Below, piece after piece: positions 60,165 to 64,000 of a stretch of DNA of 64,000 nt. Each line of letters begins with the position of its first letter. The stretch's first letter is position 1. The notes under the pieces were generated by a model. That model did not search any database, had not been told where the DNA came from, and was given only the letters and a program-made list of their open reading frames with translations. Made by a program: the position numbers and the translations under genes. This DNA comes from Gammaproteobacteria bacterium (GTDB taxonomy: Bacteria; Pseudomonadota; Gammaproteobacteria; Steroidobacterales; Foliamicaceae). The DNA lies in assembly GCA_028821145.1 (NCBI GenBank), contig JAPPHC010000012.1, forward strand, positions 2,026 to 66,025, written 5' to 3'.

Positions 60165-61999
60165 ACCGCCAGCCTGTTCAGGCGCCGCCTGCCGTAAACG
60201 AGATTGACCACGGCCCGGGTTCCGACTATGGCGGTGAACATGGACATCAGGATGCCCAGCGACAGCGTGATCGCGAAACCCTTGATCGGTCCGGTGCCGA
60301 AGGTAAACAGCACGATCGCCGCGATGAGCGTCGTGATGTTGGCGTCGGCAATAGTCACCAGGGCCTTCTCGTAGCCGGCCCGGATGCTCGCTTGCGGCGA
60401 ATTGCCGTTGCGCAGTTCCTCGCGGATGCGCTCGAAGATCAGCACGTTGGCGTCCACCGCCATGCCCACGGTAAGCACGATGCCGGCGATCCCGGGAAGC
60501 GTCAGCGACGCCTGCAGCAGCGACAGCAGCGCAACGATCAACACCATGTTGGCGGCCAGCGCCATCGTCGCGATCATGCCGAACACCCGGTAATAGACGC
60601 TGATGAACAGGACCACGAGAAACAGGCCCACGAGAATGGCGCGCATGCCCTGATCGATGTTGTCCTGGCCGAGCGACGGCCCCACGGTCCGCTCCTCGAC
60701 CTTGAAGATCGGCGCCTCCAGCGCACCGGCACGCAACAGCAGCGCCAGGTCGCGCGCGTCCACGACGTTCAGCCCGGTGATCTGGAAGCGGCTGGAGAAC
60801 ACGCCCCGGATGATGGCGTCGCTGATTACCGTTTTCTCTTCGCGAAGAACGGTTTCGCCGCGTTCATCCAGTTCGCGCTTGGTCTCGATGAACAGCACGC
60901 CCATCGGCCGGTTCAGGTTTTCCTGGGTGGCCTCCAGCATTGCGTCCGCCCCGCGCGCCGCCAGGTTGACGTGCACGGCCGGCTGACCGTTCTCGTCGAA
61001 TCCCTGCCTGGCGTCCACCAGCTGGCCGCCGTCGGCGATCACGGCGCGCCGCAAGAGGATCGGATATCCTTCCGTGTGATACTGCAACTCGCAGCCGAGC
61101 GGCGCCCGTCCCAGGCGATCGGCGTCCAGCGCGTTTTCTTCGTAGCAGGTCATCCGAAACTCCACGGTGGCGGTGGAGCCGAGAATCCGCGAAGCCTGCG
61201 CCGGGTCCTGCACTCCCGGCAACTGCACGACGATACGCTCCAGGCCCTGGCGCTGTACCAGCGGTTCCGCCACTCCCAGTTCGTTCACGCGGTTGCGCAG
61301 TATCGTGATGTTCTTGCTGACGGCGTTGTCGCGCAATTCCCTCAGGCGCGCCTCGCCCAGCGTCGCCGTGATCCAGGCGCCTTCGCCGTCAAACCCCGAA
61401 TCATATGTAAGGTCGGGCTCGATCTCGGCGAGCAGATCTTCGGCCTGCTCCAGGTCCTCGCGGCGGCGTAGTTCGACCCGCACGGCTCCTTCCAACGGCT
61501 GTACCGTGCGCCGGATTCCCGCTTCGCGCAGCCGTCGGCTGAAGTCGTCGGCGTAGCCCTCGACGCGCTTGGCCACGACCAGATCGGTATTGACCTCGAA
61601 CAGGAAATGGACGCCGCCCTGCAGGTCCAGCCCCAGGCTCATCGGCTTCAATCCGAGCGCCGCCACCCAATCGGGCGTTCGGGGCACCAGGTCCAGCGCC
61701 AGGCTGTAAGCCGGTCCGAGCTGCTCCTTCAACAGGTCCCGCGCACTCAACTGGGCTTCCACCGAATCGAACCGGATCAGCAGGGAATTTCCGTGCTGCC
61801 TCGCGCCGAGGATTTCAATACCGGCCACGGCAAGCGCCCGGCGGGCGGAATCGGCCTCCATCTCGCTGATCTCGCCCTGGCCTTCGCGCGATATCAGCAC
61901 CGCGGGGTCGGCGCCGTAAATGTTCGGAAGCGCAATCAGCCCGCCGCCGACTATGGCGATCAGTACCAGGAGGTTCTTCCAGAGAGGATAGCGGTTCAT
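60161..61999 (-). CDS. secD: Protein translocase subunit SecD
   Basis: LGLDLQGG and GMAVDANVLIFERIREE motifs. Confidence 0.97.
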   Translation of the reverse strand: MNRYPLWKNLLVLIAIVGGGLIALPNIYGADPAVLISREGQGEISEMEADSARRALAVAGIEILGARQHGNSLLIRFDSVEAQLSARDLLKEQLGPAYSLALDLVPRTPDWVAALGLKPMSLGLDLQGGVHFLFEVNTDLVVAKRVEGYADDFSRRLREAGIRRTVQPLEGAVRVELRRREDLEQAEDLLAEIEPDLTYDSGFDGEGAWITATLGEARLRELRDNAVSKNITILRNRVNELGVAEPLVQRQGLERIVVQLPGVQDPAQASRILGSTATVEFRMTCYEENALDADRLGRAPLGCELQYHTEGYPILLRRAVIADGGQLVDARQGFDENGQPAVHVNLAARGADAMLEATQENLNRPMGVLFIETKRELDERGETVLREEKTVISDAIIRGVFSSRFQITGLNVVDARDLALLLRAGALEAPIFKVEERTVGPSLGQDNIDQGMRAILVGLFLVVLFISVYYRVFGMIATMALAANMVLIVALLSLLQASLTLPGIAGIVLTVGMAVDANVLIFERIREELRNGNSPQASIRAGYEKALVTIADANITTLIAAIVLFTFGTGPIKGFAITLSLGILMSMFTAIVGTRAVVNLVYGRRRLNRLAV

Positions 62000-62035
62000 G
62001 CTCGTAACGGCGCCGGCGCGCCGCCCGGTGTCGTG

Positions 62036-62368
62036 TCAGATGCCCTTGATCGTGCCCTTGGGCAATACCGCGCTTACGCTATGCCGCTGCACCTTGACCT
62101 GCACGTCCCTGGCCACTTCCAGCGTCACGAACTGTTCGGCCAGGCTGGTAATGCGGCCCACCATGCCGCCCGAGGCCAGCACCTCGTCGCCTTCCGAAAG
62201 ACCGGCCACCAGCGCGCGGTGCGCCTTTGTGCGCTTGCTCTGCGGGCGAATGACCATGAAGTACATGACCGCGAAGATCAGCACCATCGTGAAGATCATC
62301 GGCAGCATGCTGGGGCCTTCGGCGCCCTGGTAGGCCCAGGCGGGAGAAATCAGTATGTCGAGTGGCAT
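62036..62368 (-). CDS. yajC: Preprotein translocase subunit YajC
   Basis: YFMVIRPQ and VLPKGTIK motifs. Confidence 0.96.
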   Translation of the reverse strand: MPLDILISPAWAYQGAEGPSMLPMIFTMVLIFAVMYFMVIRPQSKRTKAHRALVAGLSEGDEVLASGGMVGRITSLAEQFVTLEVARDVQVKVQRHSVSAVLPKGTIKGI

Positions 62369-62420
62369 GACGGGTGGGTCCGGTTGTGGCTCATTCCTGA
62401 CCGCAAATTATCGCACAGCG

Positions 62421-64000
<1,580 letters not shown>

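Overview
A GC-rich, gene-dense chromosomal segment whose gene order points to a gammaproteobacterium. Most of it is core genome: queA-tgt-yajC-secDF, suhB, a reduced isc locus, ndk-rlmN-pilW-rodZ-hisS-yfgM-bamB-der, xseA, guaBA-tadA, purL and glyA-ribD-ribE-ribBX-ribH-nusB-thiL-pgpA. It also holds a TtpC-type TonB/ExbBD operon, two TonB-dependent receptors, feoAB with a Fur-like box, acyl-CoA catabolic genes, an ABC exporter and tRNA-Ser(CGA) next to a ~3.4 kb lower-GC islet. Four oddities stand out. (1) An IscS cysteine desulfurase is fused to an IscU-like domain lacking all canonical Fe-S ligands, in an isc locus without iscR/hscBA/fdx and facing a cysteine-dioxygenase-like gene. (2) ispG is missing from its conserved slot while a stand-alone HMG-CoA synthase is present, suggesting an MEP-to-mevalonate switch. 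(3) A two-gene module pairs an S-component-like membrane protein with a BtuF-like protein that has no signal peptide and no ABC partners. (4) The tRNA-anchored islet encodes VOC, MFS and rhodanese proteins. I saw no CRISPR array, integrase or transposase. All calls come from reading motifs by eye; no searches were run.
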